Below are positions 33,256 through 44,435 of a stretch of DNA of 64,000 bases, one piece after another (the first letter of the stretch is position 1; each line of letters opens with the position of its first letter). Below the pieces are notes generated by a model. It had not been told where the DNA came from. It did no database searches and worked only from the letters and a program-made list of their open reading frames with translations. Made by a program: the position numbers and the translations under genes. Source of the DNA: Azolla caroliniana (taxonomy: Eukaryota; Plantae; Polypodiophyta); NCBI GenBank assembly GCA_043228905.1, contig JBHGNT010000009.1, positions 9,300,001 to 9,364,000 of the forward strand, in the 5' to 3' direction.

Positions 33256-36200
33256 TCATTTCCACCCAAGTCTCTCAAAAAGAAGTGGGAGGTCAAAAGT
33301 TTTTGGTGTGGGTGTGACCCATGGTCCCGATGCATAGAGTGCCCTAGCCATGGCTTCTAGGCGGTGTAGTTCACGTTCCCTTATTTTCTTTATTGCTTCT
33401 ACATCTCGTCGAGTTGCTTTGAAACCCGGCATCCGAGGGCGTTTGGTTCTTCTTTGATTTTCTGCTTCATCAAGGAGAAGTCCGAGTGGTGTAGGTGTGT
33501 CGACATTCATTGTCTCCCCCTGTTCCTGAAAAACTTCATTTGTTGTATGTTGGTAAACATTAGCAACATTATTATCAACGTTTTGTAATTTGTTCTCTCT
33601 GTGGTGTTTCAATTCTAAGATGTATCTACCTAATTTCTTTATATCTAGTGTATCTAATAGTTTAGGGAGGGTGGGAGAGGAACCAAGTATGTCTTGGTAT
33701 TTTGCCCTTATCTCGGCATAGGTGGGGCATTTGCATGTAAAATGGTACTCATCCTCTATCTCTATGTGGCATAACCTACATATCCTTTCCTCCCTAGGGA
33801 CTCCATTAGTACGTCCATTCTCAATCTCAAGTTGGTGAGATGATATTCTAAGTTGACCAATGGCAACCCTTAGTGCATGTGGTAAGAATACATCTAGATA
33901 TTTTGGGCGCGTGATAAAACCTAACTCAGAGAAGTGCATAAAGTGTTCCTTATAGTACGACATTTTAGATGGGAGTGGCTCTAGTGGGGTGATCCATTTA
34001 TACCGGGTATAAATTTGCCATATTTCTTGGCGTATTACTTTATTACGGTCCTCATGAGAGAGTAAAGTGTTATCATTCGTGTGGTCGTACTTAAGGGGGG
34101 GGAGGTTAGTAATGTCTAGACCGTTGGCAAGAAGCCAACTCACCATCATGCCATACCATGAGCTAGTATAGCCGGACTCATACAATGCACGAGAAGCCTT
34201 AAAGGCTTGGTGGGATATTCTATCAAGTGGTTGGTTATGTATCCTGTGTATAAAGACTACCAGTTGAAAAAGTGCTTCTACTAACATAGGGGGTAGAGTG
34301 AACTCAGCCCTAATAATGTCATCTGGGACCGACGATTTGCTTCGGAGTTGGCGTGATAACATCATCACCAATGGTCTCTCTAATTGCGTCCACATGAAAG
34401 ATGGTAGTCCTGGGGCCCAAACCGCTGATGCATACATGAGAGAGGGAGTCACTAATGAGTCAAAGAGCCACCCTTTAGTTCGTGGCTCTTGGAAGTATGC
34501 TTGGTGGCATTGTCTCTCGAGGAGTGAGAGGGATGCATGTCCTCTTGTAAGTCTATCCTTCGCTGCTTGTGTCATCGAAAATTTACCTGAGCGGGCACTG
34601 AAAGTGACTCCGAGATAGACATATGATCCAACCACCTCAACTGGGCTATGGGAGATAGTTAGGTGACACTTAGCTCTAACTTGGGCCGACGTGTGGAAGA
34701 TAAGGACTTTAGTTTTCCCTAGATTCACTACCAATCCTCGTTGTGTGCAAAAATCATCTAAGGCATTAAGGTGCCTTTGTAGGTCGTGTTCGGATTCAGA
34801 GAGCAAAACTATGTCATCTGCATAGAGCAAGATACGCACCTGCGTATCTCCAAGGACTACTCCATTGCCTCCCTTACGAGCAATAAAATCTATGATCTCA
34901 TCAATGTAGATCCCAAAAAGAGTCGAAGATAAGGGGCAACCTTGTTTTACACCAATAGTGCTAGTGAAACTATCGGATATGCCGCCTGGGCATCGAACAC
35001 ACCCGGACACTTGTTCATATAGTGCGTAGATGGCCCAAACCATGTCATCTGGTATCCTCAAGCTCTTAAGCCTATCAAACAACCGCTCTCTAGGGACCGT
35101 GTCAAAGGCTTTGCGGAAGTCCACAAAACAACAATATAGTTTCTTCTTGCGAGCCTTAGTCTGGTCAATTAAGCATCTAAGTGTGAAGATATGGTCAATA
35201 GTGGAGAAGGCTCGTCTAAAGCCGGCCTGTTCAGGTGCACGAAGATTTAAGGTCTCCATATACTCGCTAAGCTCTGCCTCCATTACTGCACCATATAATT
35301 TAGCAAGGGTATGACCTATCATAATGGTCCTATAAGTATTTGGGTCCATGGGGTCCCCCCCCTTATGTATGGGGGCCACTATGTTCATGGTCCATTGTGA
35401 TGGAAAACCCTCTGCAAGGGCACGATTGAAGATTAGAGTTAGTAAGGGAGCTAGGCACTCTCTCGCGTATATGATGTGTTCTGCTCGCAATCCTGTGTGG
35501 TCCATGGACTTCCTATGTTGTAATTTCTTTATGACCTTCGTGACCCTAGAGGTCGTGAAGAGTGTCCCCACAGTAGGTCGGGGTGTGGAAGGCATTGGAA
35601 TGGGTGGTTGGTTTGGGATGTGGTAAAGTCTCTCTGTATAAGTGTGCCAAGTTTCGGGATCTTCGATGGGTGTTTGTGGTCTTGGTTCCCGTAATCTCTT
35701 CCATGCAGTGGCACAATCGTTACTCATGAGCATGTGGTAGAGTTCCCAATATTGGGATGCCTCCCATGCTCGTCTCTTACGACGTGTCATCTTGCGCATT
35801 TCTTTACGAGCTTGTACTGAGGTAATACTACCACTGAGTTGCGATATTGTAAGTTGTCGATGTAAGCACCTACAATCCTCATCATACCATCTATTTTGTG
35901 GCATAGATCCTACTTTACCTTGATTGGAGTGTTTCGTGTATGGGAAGCTGCTAACCGCTGCAGAATGAAGGATGTGTGTGAGTTTCGTATTAAGGCTCTC
36001 TAAAGGTAGGGAGGGATCAAGGGAGGAGAGATGGGCTTGAACATGTCGAGCATATATGTCAGAGAGCTCATGTGTGAAATGTATTGTGATGTCATGGCGT
36101 GGTTGACTAGAGTTGGTGACGTTAGAGATATCGCATTTTATCTCGAAGTATAAGAAACTATGGTCCGCGCCAATAGGACATGGGGCCACTCGGAAGGAGT

Positions 36201-36969
36201 TAATCATGTGGGTGGCTTCAGGGCGTCCTATTAGATAATCGACTGTGCTTTCCCCTCCTCCATGTGGGAAACATGTGAGCTCTTCCGAACCTGGCCACTT
36301 GGTTAAACCATTATATATGACCATCTGGTGCCGACTACCGAGTTCGAGCAAATGATGGCCAAAGCTCGTGGCGTCTGCACCTTGATCCTTTGATCTACGG
36401 GTGGTGTCTATGTCTGAAGGATCGACATTTACCATTTCTAGGTTTCTATTCATTTGAAATATTGTGCATTGTCGGGATTGGGTTCTCGCATTAAAGTCTC
36501 CTACAAGGAATACTTCGCCTTGGGAAGAATATCGGATTATGTCATCCGATAGAGGTTCATATGGGGAAGGCCCATGTGGCACTCCGTCATCAACTAATCT
36601 CGCCTCGCCAGCCAGATTATAACGAGAGCCTTTTGGGGGGAAGTAACAAATGGCGAAAATTACTGCCTTGTCCTTGCTTGTGGAGACTTTCACCCACATA
36701 AAACGAGCTTCTGGGTCTGTGCTCAGTATTTCTATCCTATTATGTAGCTCCCTCCGAAACAATATTGCGACACTTCCAGATCCCCTGGTAGTGCATCGAC
36801 GTGAGGTTTGTCTAAAAGCCGACTCCCAACGAAATCCTTCGACTCGTGGGAGTCCCCTATTTGGGCTTTGGTGTGTTTCTACTAGGCAAACTATATCTGA
36901 TTCCTTTAATATCCCCTCTAGGCGGCCGGGGTGTGTCCAGAGTGCGCCGTTACAATTCCATAAGGTCAT
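33256..36969 (-). CDS. LINE ORF2: AP endonuclease, reverse transcriptase and C-terminal Cys/His knuckle
   Basis: TLWNCNG, CLVETH, GDFNAR, STVDY and ADH (APE); QAGFR, FVDFRKAFD, GVKQGCPLS and YADD (RT); LRISSHQLEIENGR..CRLC..EDEYHF..C. The frame is open from 37005, with the first ATG at 36969. Confidence 0.95.
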   Translation of the reverse strand: MTLWNCNGALWTHPGRLEGILKESDIVCLVETHQSPNRGLPRVEGFRWESAFRQTSRRCTTRGSGSVAILFRRELHNRIEILSTDPEARFMWVKVSTSKDKAVIFAICYFPPKGSRYNLAGEARLVDDGVPHGPSPYEPLSDDIIRYSSQGEVFLVGDFNARTQSRQCTIFQMNRNLEMVNVDPSDIDTTRRSKDQGADATSFGHHLLELGSRHQMVIYNGLTKWPGSEELTCFPHGGGESTVDYLIGRPEATHMINSFRVAPCPIGADHSFLYFEIKCDISNVTNSSQPRHDITIHFTHELSDIYARHVQAHLSSLDPSLPLESLNTKLTHILHSAAVSSFPYTKHSNQGKVGSMPQNRWYDEDCRCLHRQLTISQLSGSITSVQARKEMRKMTRRKRRAWEASQYWELYHMLMSNDCATAWKRLREPRPQTPIEDPETWHTYTERLYHIPNQPPIPMPSTPRPTVGTLFTTSRVTKVIKKLQHRKSMDHTGLRAEHIIYARECLAPLLTLIFNRALAEGFPSQWTMNIVAPIHKGGDPMDPNTYRTIMIGHTLAKLYGAVMEAELSEYMETLNLRAPEQAGFRRAFSTIDHIFTLRCLIDQTKARKKKLYCCFVDFRKAFDTVPRERLFDRLKSLRIPDDMVWAIYALYEQVSGCVRCPGGISDSFTSTIGVKQGCPLSSTLFGIYIDEIIDFIARKGGNGVVLGDTQVRILLYADDIVLLSESEHDLQRHLNALDDFCTQRGLVVNLGKTKVLIFHTSAQVRAKCHLTISHSPVEVVGSYVYLGVTFSARSGKFSMTQAAKDRLTRGHASLSLLERQCHQAYFQEPRTKGWLFDSLVTPSLMYASAVWAPGLPSFMWTQLERPLVMMLSRQLRSKSSVPDDIIRAEFTLPPMLVEALFQLVVFIHRIHNQPLDRISHQAFKASRALYESGYTSSWYGMMVSWLLANGLDITNLPPLKYDHTNDNTLLSHEDRNKVIRQEIWQIYTRYKWITPLEPLPSKMSYYKEHFMHFSELGFITRPKYLDVFLPHALRVAIGQLRISSHQLEIENGRTNGVPREERICRLCHIEIEDEYHFTCKCPTYAEIRAKYQDILGSSPTLPKLLDTLDIKKLGRYILELKHHRENKLQNVDNNVANVYQHTTNEVFQEQGETMNVDTPTPLGLLLDEAENQRRTKRPRMPGFKATRRDVEAIKKIRERELHRLEAMARALYASGPWVTPTPKTFDLPLLFERLGWK

Positions 36970-37005
36970 CCTAAGTGTGTTTTCTGTCACATGGGCCACA
37001 CGCCG

Positions 37006-37590
37006 TCAATTAGTAGTGCGATCATTTATGATCACTCGCCCATCTCGATAAAAGGCGCGATGCCCGTCTTTGCGAGCTTGCATAACCTTTGGCATACAAC
37101 TCTTGTGATGCTCAATTTGCATCTTGGTGAGGTCTTCATCGAGATAGATAGGGTCCCCACCCAATCCTCGAAGAATTGGTCTCTTCTTAAAGAAAGTGAT
37201 TCTAGAGTCTAAGTCTTTAAATTGAAGAACTAAGGCTCTCTTCCTAGTTGTGTCGCGTCCGGCCCTCCAAGCTTTGGTGATAGGTAGGGTCGTTGTGTAC
37301 CCTAACATTTTCCCGAGTGTTTGTGCATCCTCGTCCGGGGATGCACCTTCCTTGAGCCCAGTGACACGCACATTTAGGCGTCGGGCCTGACGCATTTTCT
37401 CTTCTTCGAGGGTGGTATTAACAAGATTTTCATCCTTTATTTCTTTTTTAATGTTTCTTTTAACGACATCTACCCAACCCGTTTTTGCTAACTCTATGTT
37501 ATTTTTAACCTCCTCTTTAACTTTTTTGATCTCATCTTTTATATCCTCTATGGAGGATATTTCACCGTCCTCTCGGGATACCTTGATCAT
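37006..37590 (-). CDS. LINE ORF1, C-terminal part (coiled coil plus RRM/CTD-like), 5'-truncated
   Basis: RRLNVRVTGLKE..WRAGR..RALVLQF..IYLDEDLT pattern typical of Transposase_22-like ORF1 proteins. Confidence 0.75.
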   Translation of the reverse strand: MIKVSREDGEISSIEDIKDEIKKVKEEVKNNIELAKTGWVDVVKRNIKKEIKDENLVNTTLEEEKMRQARRLNVRVTGLKEGASPDEDAQTLGKMLGYTTTLPITKAWRAGRDTTRKRALVLQFKDLDSRITFFKKRPILRGLGGDPIYLDEDLTKMQIEHHKSCMPKVMQARKDGHRAFYRDGRVIINDRTTN

Positions 37591-37848
37591 TCATTCCCCA
37601 TAAGGGGTTAAATAGTACAAGAGGGGGTAGATACATAGGGGTGTAAGCCCCCTCGAGCATTCATACTGGACACTCACTCACACCTCCTTGTATCCATCCA
37701 CATGCACACACGTGTGCATGTGTTCACATACGTATAGACTGACAATTACATTTATGCCCCCTACACATACACAACAACATCATGATAACATTCGACCCTC
37801 GCTCATCACACTTGACTCTCCGTACATCTCGTACGGGGTAACAACGAT

Positions 37849-39730
37849 TCATGTTGGCTAGCGTGACCTTCTCGAACTTCTTCGCCAGTTCTTCGATGAT
37901 GTCATCACCAACCTTCTTTTCTTCCACGTCACTTTGTTTTGGCGGCTCAGCTACTTTCGGCGGTCTTGCTTTCTCCGTGATAGTCGATCCTGTCAAGTCA
38001 GTGTCGTCAACCCATTGGCGACGCTTGTTGAGCCTATTGCACGGTGTCGTGAAGTACGAAAGCGTCACATTAAAAATCTACAATAAGATAAATACGTAAC
38101 TAAAATAACATTTGATAATGTTTTATATATAAAGATAATATTAACAACACATATGATAATATTAGATATATATGTAAAGAAAAATAAGATAAATATATTA
38201 TATTACACGAACAAGAGAGGACTTGAACCAATAACCCCACCCTATGACTCTCAAATCTTACCATTTACTCTATATTAGTAATATACATAAAATAAAGCAT
38301 ACTTTATATATACTTTATATTACATAAAGGATTTGCTTCATGATATAAAAATATAGTTGTATGTTGTATTCAATAGTATTTTGAGACTTGAACCCACAAC
38401 CTCATACACCAAGGTCAACACACCTACCATTAGGCTAGGTCCTTTCACTTTAAGATTATATTTTCATATTTATTGTTATTGCATATATTCTTTCATACAT
38501 AAAAGCTCAAATGAGCGAGATGTTTATCATGCATCACATGTAATGCATGAACGCCAAATGGCGATCATGCATCACATGCATGTCTTGTACCCTCCAATGC
38601 ATCATATGCATGGGGGCACCTATTTAAAGGGTGAAAGAGGATATCAAAGGGATCGAAATGGAACAACTATATTGTATGATATATCAATCAAATCAAATAG
38701 AATTATATTATATAAGAGATACCATAAGATAGAAAGACAAAGATAATAAAAGAAAACAGCTAGCTTGGCGGTCGGGGTGGTCAACTCACAACAAAAGGGC
38801 GGAGGTTCGAGTCTTACCCTCATCGAAAGCTAGAAAGGGAAGATTGTGATCTACTCTCAAGAATGAGAAGAGTGGTTACCTTGTGAGATAAAGTTTGAAG
38901 GATCAACAATACTCACAACCAATTTGTAACTCTTTCATCAAATAATTATAAATCTCTTTTATCCCTTCAAATATCATTCTATATCCTATCTTGTCTTTAT
39001 CTTGTTGATCTCTATTCACTCCATCTCCACTCTTTCGTCTCTTCTGTCCATAATCCTAATGATTCCTTCCTCACTTTCACGTTATCCTTTGTGTGCGCAA
39101 CGCTACGCTTCTAGGCGAGCCACGTCACGACAACGCCCGTTTCACCGCGATCCGGTCCGCTACAAGCCCATTTGCTTGGGTATTGTCTTCAAGAAGAGTC
39201 CCCAATTCTCGTCTATCCTTCATGTCCACAGCTTTCAAGAAGTACAAAGTCTTGTCCTCTTCAAGCAACAGTTGGTCCGTGTTGGGGAGACGACTAAACA
39301 TCTGGTCGAATTCGTCGTACACCCTCGAGGCGCTCATCTTCTTATTCTTCTTCTCTATCCACTTCATTAGGGCATGTCAATTCCTCCTCGTTGAGTCTTC
39401 AGTCGCGAACTCCGCTAGTATCATTTTCTCGAACTCAAACCATGTTGTCTTACCTTCTTGAAGTTCGATGACGCGTCTTTGGACGTTGTTGGCGACAACT
39501 CTCTTGAAGCTTGCGATTTGACGTGCTTCGGACACATCCCTCTGATTCATCTCCCTTCTATATGTATCAAGGAACTTCGTAACGTTCCTTCCATCAAATT
39601 GACCCTCGAGCTCTACGACACGGTCGACGGCCTTCTCCACGCTCGAATCGTTGTCTCGAGATCTCATCATTTGTTCGACGATTAGCATCATCCTTTCGAG
39701 CTCTCCCGCTTTGTTTCTTGAGGACACCAT
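37849..39730 (-). pseudogene. G1 Gag N-terminal part, split by solo LTR S2
   Basis: MVSSRNK..FDGRNVTKFLDTY..; the frame KRA|CNRLNKRRQW rejoins across S2; homologous to G2 Gag. Confidence 0.8.
38045..39132 (+). mobile_element. Solo LTR S2 (1088 bp)
   Basis: TGTCGTGA...TCACGACA; 4-bp flanks ACGG/ACGC; 38520-38630 is the reverse-complement homologue of S1 12880-12985 (TATA region). Confidence 0.85.
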
Positions 39731-39770
39731 CTCCAAGTATTAATCTCGTCTTGATCCTTCCTACCACCTC

Positions 39771-39789
39771 ATTCACGTCGGGTTCACCA
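39771..39789 (-). other. PBS of G1 (tRNA-Trp)
   Basis: The plus strand reads ATTCACGTCGGGTTCACCA, the 3' end of plant cytosolic tRNA-Trp(CCA) as I recall it. Confidence 0.88.
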
Positions 39790-39797
39790 CTTAATTA

Positions 39798-40149
39798 TGT
39801 CGTGAAGATCCGTCACTAGGCGCGGATCGCGAGGCGGAACCGTCGGGGTTTTGGACCGGAAGGACTTGAAGTTGGCGCAAGCTTTAGCGAGAAAGTACTT
39901 AAGCTAGATTGAAAGAGAGAGATTAAGATTGAACTCTTGATTTTAGATTTTAAGAAACAAGTTACACGATCAATTCGATAACGAATTCTCTTCTTCTTAA
40001 TTTCATAACAAAAAGAAGCCCTCATATCTTGACATCTAGTTGTCTGTTTCTCGTGTAATAAAGTGCATTCAAAAGCTCTTGAAGACCTCCATCATTTTGG
40101 ATACTTCACTATTATTGTTTTATGTGATTCATACTCGATTTTGTACATC
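39798..40149 (-). repeat. 5' LTR of G1, outer end deleted
   Basis: Matches the 3' LTR up to ...TTTTGTACAT, then switches to the C2 IN-RT linker. Confidence 0.88.
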
Positions 40150-42593
40150 TTACCTTTGCCTTTGTCCGATGTCAGACTTGGCCGCGACGTGTTTTCATCG
40201 CGTGGAGGATCTTGTGGGCCAATTAGCTCGGTAGAGCTTGGATTGTCCTTCAGTGGAGGACTTGGCCGAGTTTCGTCGTCCGAGTTGGCGTTCAACTCTT
40301 CCTCGATCGGGTCGGATGGAGTCGCATCGGGCTTATACCAAGATTCCGATTCGTCGAAAACGACGTCGGGACTTATCCGCACCGCTCAGGTCGAAGGGTT
40401 GAAGCACTTGTACACCTTTTTCGCGGACAAATATACTATGAGGATACATTCTTCCGACTTCGCGTCGGGCTTCTCTCAACTTTCATTCGGGATGCGTACA
40501 TTCGCAATGCTTCCAAACACCTTGAGGTGCGAGAGGATGGGCTTCCTTCCAACGAAGATCTCGTATGGAGTAAGCTCGTGGACTCCATTGGTGGTGCACC
40601 GGTTCATGAGATAGACGGCAGTGGATGCCGCTTCGGCCCAATAGAAATTCGGCATGTGTTTCTCATGCATCATGGCGCGTGCTACCTCGAGAATTTGCCG
40701 ATTCTTTCTCTCGGCTACTCCGTTTTGTTGGGTAGTGTGTCGGCATGAGAATTCTCTACGAATGCCTTCACCTTGGAGGTAGGAGGTGAACTCGTCGGAG
40801 AAGTACTCCTTTCCTCCGTCCGATCGTAGGCATCGAATGTGCCAACCGGTTTCTTTCTCCACTTGGCTTTTGAGCCTTTGAAAGTGGGAGAGCACTTCGC
40901 TCTTCTTCTTCATCGGGTATATCCACGCGTAGCGTGAGTGGTCGTCGATGAAGGTGACGTAGTAGCAACATCCGCCAAGCGTCGGTGTTTGAGCCAGTCC
41001 CCATATGTCCGAGTGGATTATGTCAAGGAGGCCTTTGCTTGCAGAGCTCTCCTTCGGGAATGGGAGTCGATGTTGTTTGCCGAGTTGGCATGCTTCACAC
41101 ACTCAGTTGACTCGTTTCGATTTGAAGGCCGGAAGTCCGATTACGACTCCCTTTGATTGCATTCTGCGAAGCCGTTGGAGGTTTACGTGGCCGATTCGCT
41201 TGTGCCACAACTCGATGTTTGTCTCGGTCTTGAGACCTTTGGCGTACATGGCCGATTTTACCTCATTTGAGTCGAGGATGAACAAGCGACCATCTCTCCG
41301 TCCCTTGGCTATGAGTCGGCCGTCTTTCTCGATGAAGCAACCTTCATTGTTGAAGCGGACTTGCATGCCTTGCTCCACGATTTGGCCAACCCAGACCAAA
41401 TTCTTTGTTATTGTGGGCACGTGCAAGACATTCTTGATGCAAGTTTGCTCGCCTTCTTTCCCGAATGGGACATCGCCGATGTGTCGAATGGGATGCGGAG
41501 TGTCGTCTCTGGTCTCTATGTAGCCGGGTCGATCCGGCGTTCGCAAGTCGCGAAACCACTCTTGGTGCGACGTCATGTGGTGCGAGGCGCCGGAGTCTAC
41601 GAACCATGCGTGTTCGGAGTTGGAGGTGCTTGCGGAGTTTGCGGGATCGGAGGCCATCATAGAGTTCGTTCTATGCCTCATCACGAAGAGTCCGCCGTAG
41701 TCCGCGTATTCCGCGTTCGTGGCGTAATTTGTGAGTTGTCGGCTTGTTGAGGCCGACTCGCTTCATCTTTTTCGGCACTCCTCTTCGCGATGGCCGATTT
41801 TGCCGCAATAGTTGCATGTAGGTGGCGTCAATCGCCGACCTTGTTCGGCGTGGAAGCTCCCCCTTCTTGTGAAGGTTCCTCGATGGCTTCCGTTTCCTTG
41901 CCGAAATTGTGAATTCCCTTCGTGGGATAGGTCGAATTGACCTCTTCCGCTTCGACCTCTTCTATGGGCACCATCCGTATCGGAGAAGAGCATTTGTCCT
42001 TCAGATGTGTTGGTCTTTGATTGAACGTGGTTTTCTTCGACCAATAGCATTGATTGGAGGTTGAAGAATGAGGGAGGGGTATCTCTCGCCAAGATTGTCG
42101 TTCTCAACGGGTTGAATCGTTGTGCGAGGCCGCCCAAGCATACTTGCACCATCTCGTCCTCGTCGATGTTGACGTTGATGGAGCCAAGAGAGTCGCAAAT
42201 GCTCTTGATCTTGGCAATGTAGTCCGTCACGGACATTTCTTTTTGACGTATGTTGTTCAACTCTTGCCGGAGTTGAAGCTTGCGCGTGGATGTGTCCGCG
42301 GCGAAAATCTTCTTGAGATTTTCCCACGCCTCTTTGGGCGTCATGGCATCATGAATGTGGCTAAGCATGTGGTCGTTTACACATGTTGCCAAGCAATACA
42401 TTACCCGATTCGCGCCTTGCTCCCACGTTGGGTAGTTGGCGTGTGTGGTTTCGGGTTTGTTTTCTTGTGCGTCATTGATGTAGCTCCAATACCCTTGGCC
42501 GACAAGGTATTGATTCATCTTGTACTCCCAAGATGAGTAGTTGCTTCGGTCTAGCTTTTCGCTAGGGAGTGAGGTTCCCATTTGTGTGTTCAT
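40150..42593 (-). pseudogene. C2 Gag-protease-integrase
   Basis: EKLDRSNY, CNYCGKIGHREEEC, FVDSGAS, WHKRIGH, CEAC, SDGGKEY and NGVAERKNR; contains stops and frameshifts. Confidence 0.92.
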
Positions 42594-42769
42594 GTTGATT
42601 GTTGTGTCTTCCGTTTTGTTTTTCTTCTCTTGGTCGCGTACACGTCCTTCGTAGCGGCACTATGGTAGCGGATAGCGAATAGCCGGGATTTGTCGTCGGC
42701 GTCTCAAACACACAATCACGAATAAGCGGTGGGCTTAGTGGATTTCCTAAACCACGCGCTCTGATACCA

Positions 42770-43041
42770 TGTTAAGTAATTAGGTAATTAACTAGGGTTA
42801 ATTAGAGACTAGTTATAGGGTTAATTAACAAAGGTGCACATGTGTGGGTAGAACATAGGTACTTATGTGTAAGTCCCACATTAAATGTACTAAGGAGTGG
42901 AGGATCTAGAATATCTCACTTAAGTACAAGGTCATATTTAAAGGCTTAAGGTCAACACATTAACTAGATTTAATCTAGGTAACTACTAAGTTACATGTGT
43001 TGACTAACAAGATTAAACTAGTTGAGCTTGATATCTCAACA
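42770..43041 (-). repeat. 5' LTR of C2 (272 bp)
   Basis: Adjacent to the iMet PBS and followed by TSD CATAT. Confidence 0.9.
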
Positions 43042-44435
43042 CATATATATGTGGGATAACTCGCTAAGAAAAAATAGTAAGAGAAGCGTGAAAGTGAACC
43101 CTTCTCAGTTTTCTCCTTTCCACATGATTTTCACACCTTTGCCGAAAATCTTCACGACGGCGTCCAACTTCCTCTGTTTCTCCTTCGGCACATGCACATA
43201 GGCAATGTTGCCGAACACCCTCAAGTGTCCCAGATTCAGTTTCTTTCCGAAGTAGAGCTCATGTGGTGACATTCCTCCATTTGCGGATGTCTGATTCTGC
43301 ATGTAGACAGCTATCTAGACCGCTTCAGCCCAGTAAGACTTTGGCATATGCTTTTCCTCGAGCATTGCCCGCGCCACCTCCTCTATAGTTCGATTCTTCC
43401 GCTTGGCTACACCGTTCTGCTCAGGTGTTTATCTACAAGAGAATTCTCTCCAAATTCCTTCCTTCTACAGATAACTCAAGAACTAGTCGGAAAAGTGCTC
43501 CTTTCCACCATCGAACCTCAGGCACTTGATTTTTCTTCTAATTTCCCATTCGGCAAGGCTCTTCACCTTCAGGAAACAAGAGAAGACTTCGCTCTTCTTT
43601 GTGATCAAGCACACCCAAGTGTGCCGAGTGTAGTCATCAATGAAGGTTACAAAGTTACGGCTTCCTCCGATGCTCACGTTCTATGCAAGTCCCCACACAT
43701 CCGAATAGATAAGATCGAGCTGGTTCCGACTCCGATTCTTCCCATTGGAGAACGGAAGCCTATGGTGCTTCCCAAGCTAGTAAGATTCATAAATGTGGCC
43801 CTTCTAGCCACTAAACTTCAGCAGTCCGGAAACCATATGTTTCAACTGCATCTCCTGAAGCTTCTGGAAGTTGATATGGCTGAACCGCTTGTGCCACAAG
43901 TCGATATCCAACTCGACATTTTGCCCTTTTGCAAACGTTGTGGTTCCAACTTCATTTGTTTCGAGAATAAACATTCTCCCTTCCTGGCGCCCTTGAGCAA
44001 TGACTTTGCCTTCTTCTTCGATGAAGCACCCGAGATGTGTGAACCGGACCTGCATCCCTTGGTCGACAATTTGTCCAACCGACACCAAATTCTTTGTGAT
44101 TGTTCGACATGGTTTAGGGGGGATTTCACCGACATGTTCTATGGTATGTGAGGTGTCATCACCGGTTTCGACAATCCCTGGTTGTTCTAGTTTCTCCAAG
44201 TAAGAGAATCACTCCTTGTGGCTCGTCACACACTCTAGAGTCAACATACCATACCTCATTCGGTTTCGAGATGCTTGCCTTCATTGAATTAGCCTTGTCC
44301 TTCATCACAAAGGCTGGGCCCGATCCATTTCTGGTCTTTCCAAATCTGGATCCTTCTAATCCTTCGGCATAGTGCAAGTGTTGTTGACTCCCTTGTCGGG
44401 CCTTGCCGGATCCAGATTTGTCTGAATCAGTGCGT

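Larger units (their letters stand above)
33100..37590 (-). mobile_element. 5'-truncated non-LTR retrotransposon (LINE, RTEX/RTE-group-like) inserted in the 3' LTR of T
   Basis: Two ORFs; replaces ~20 bp of the host LTR compared with 25190-25220; no poly(A); the 3' end abuts (CTTT)n/(CT)n. Confidence 0.9.
24947..37843 (+). mobile_element. Non-autonomous LTR element T (Tat-like PBS) inserted in G1 gag
   Basis: LTRs at 24947-25473 and ~32852-37843 (split by the LINE); TSD ACGAT (24942-24946, 37844-37848), whose removal restores ANMNRRGPKGK in G1 gag; ~1.9 kb internal region with no gag/pol motifs. Confidence 0.9.
13993..40149 (-). mobile_element. Ty3/Gypsy G1, tRNA-Trp-primed, no chromodomain, decayed
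   Basis: LTRs at 13993-14374 and 39798-~40149 (truncated); PPT complement tccacccccacc at 14375; PBS 39771-39789. The gag-PR-RT-RH-IN order can be rebuilt across three insertions. Confidence 0.9.
13345..43041 (-). mobile_element. Ty1/Copia C2 (RT-RH deleted), host of Gypsy G1
   Basis: LTRs at 13345-13787 and 42770-43041; TSD CATAT (13340-13344, 43042-43046); iMet PBS 42758-42769; PPT at 13788-13800. Confidence 0.92.
12593..43159 (-). mobile_element. Solo LTR S1 (~865 bp: 12593-13344 plus 43047-43159), split by Copia C2
   Basis: TGTCAAGG...AAAATCTTCACGAC(G); shares its terminus with the G1 LTR; 4-bp flanks GCAT/GCGT inside the C3 integrase. Confidence 0.8.

Noticed and set aside
39771-39789. 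tRNA-Trp gene
   Set aside because: Only the 3' 19 nt including CCA are present, next to an LTR, so this is a primer-binding site.
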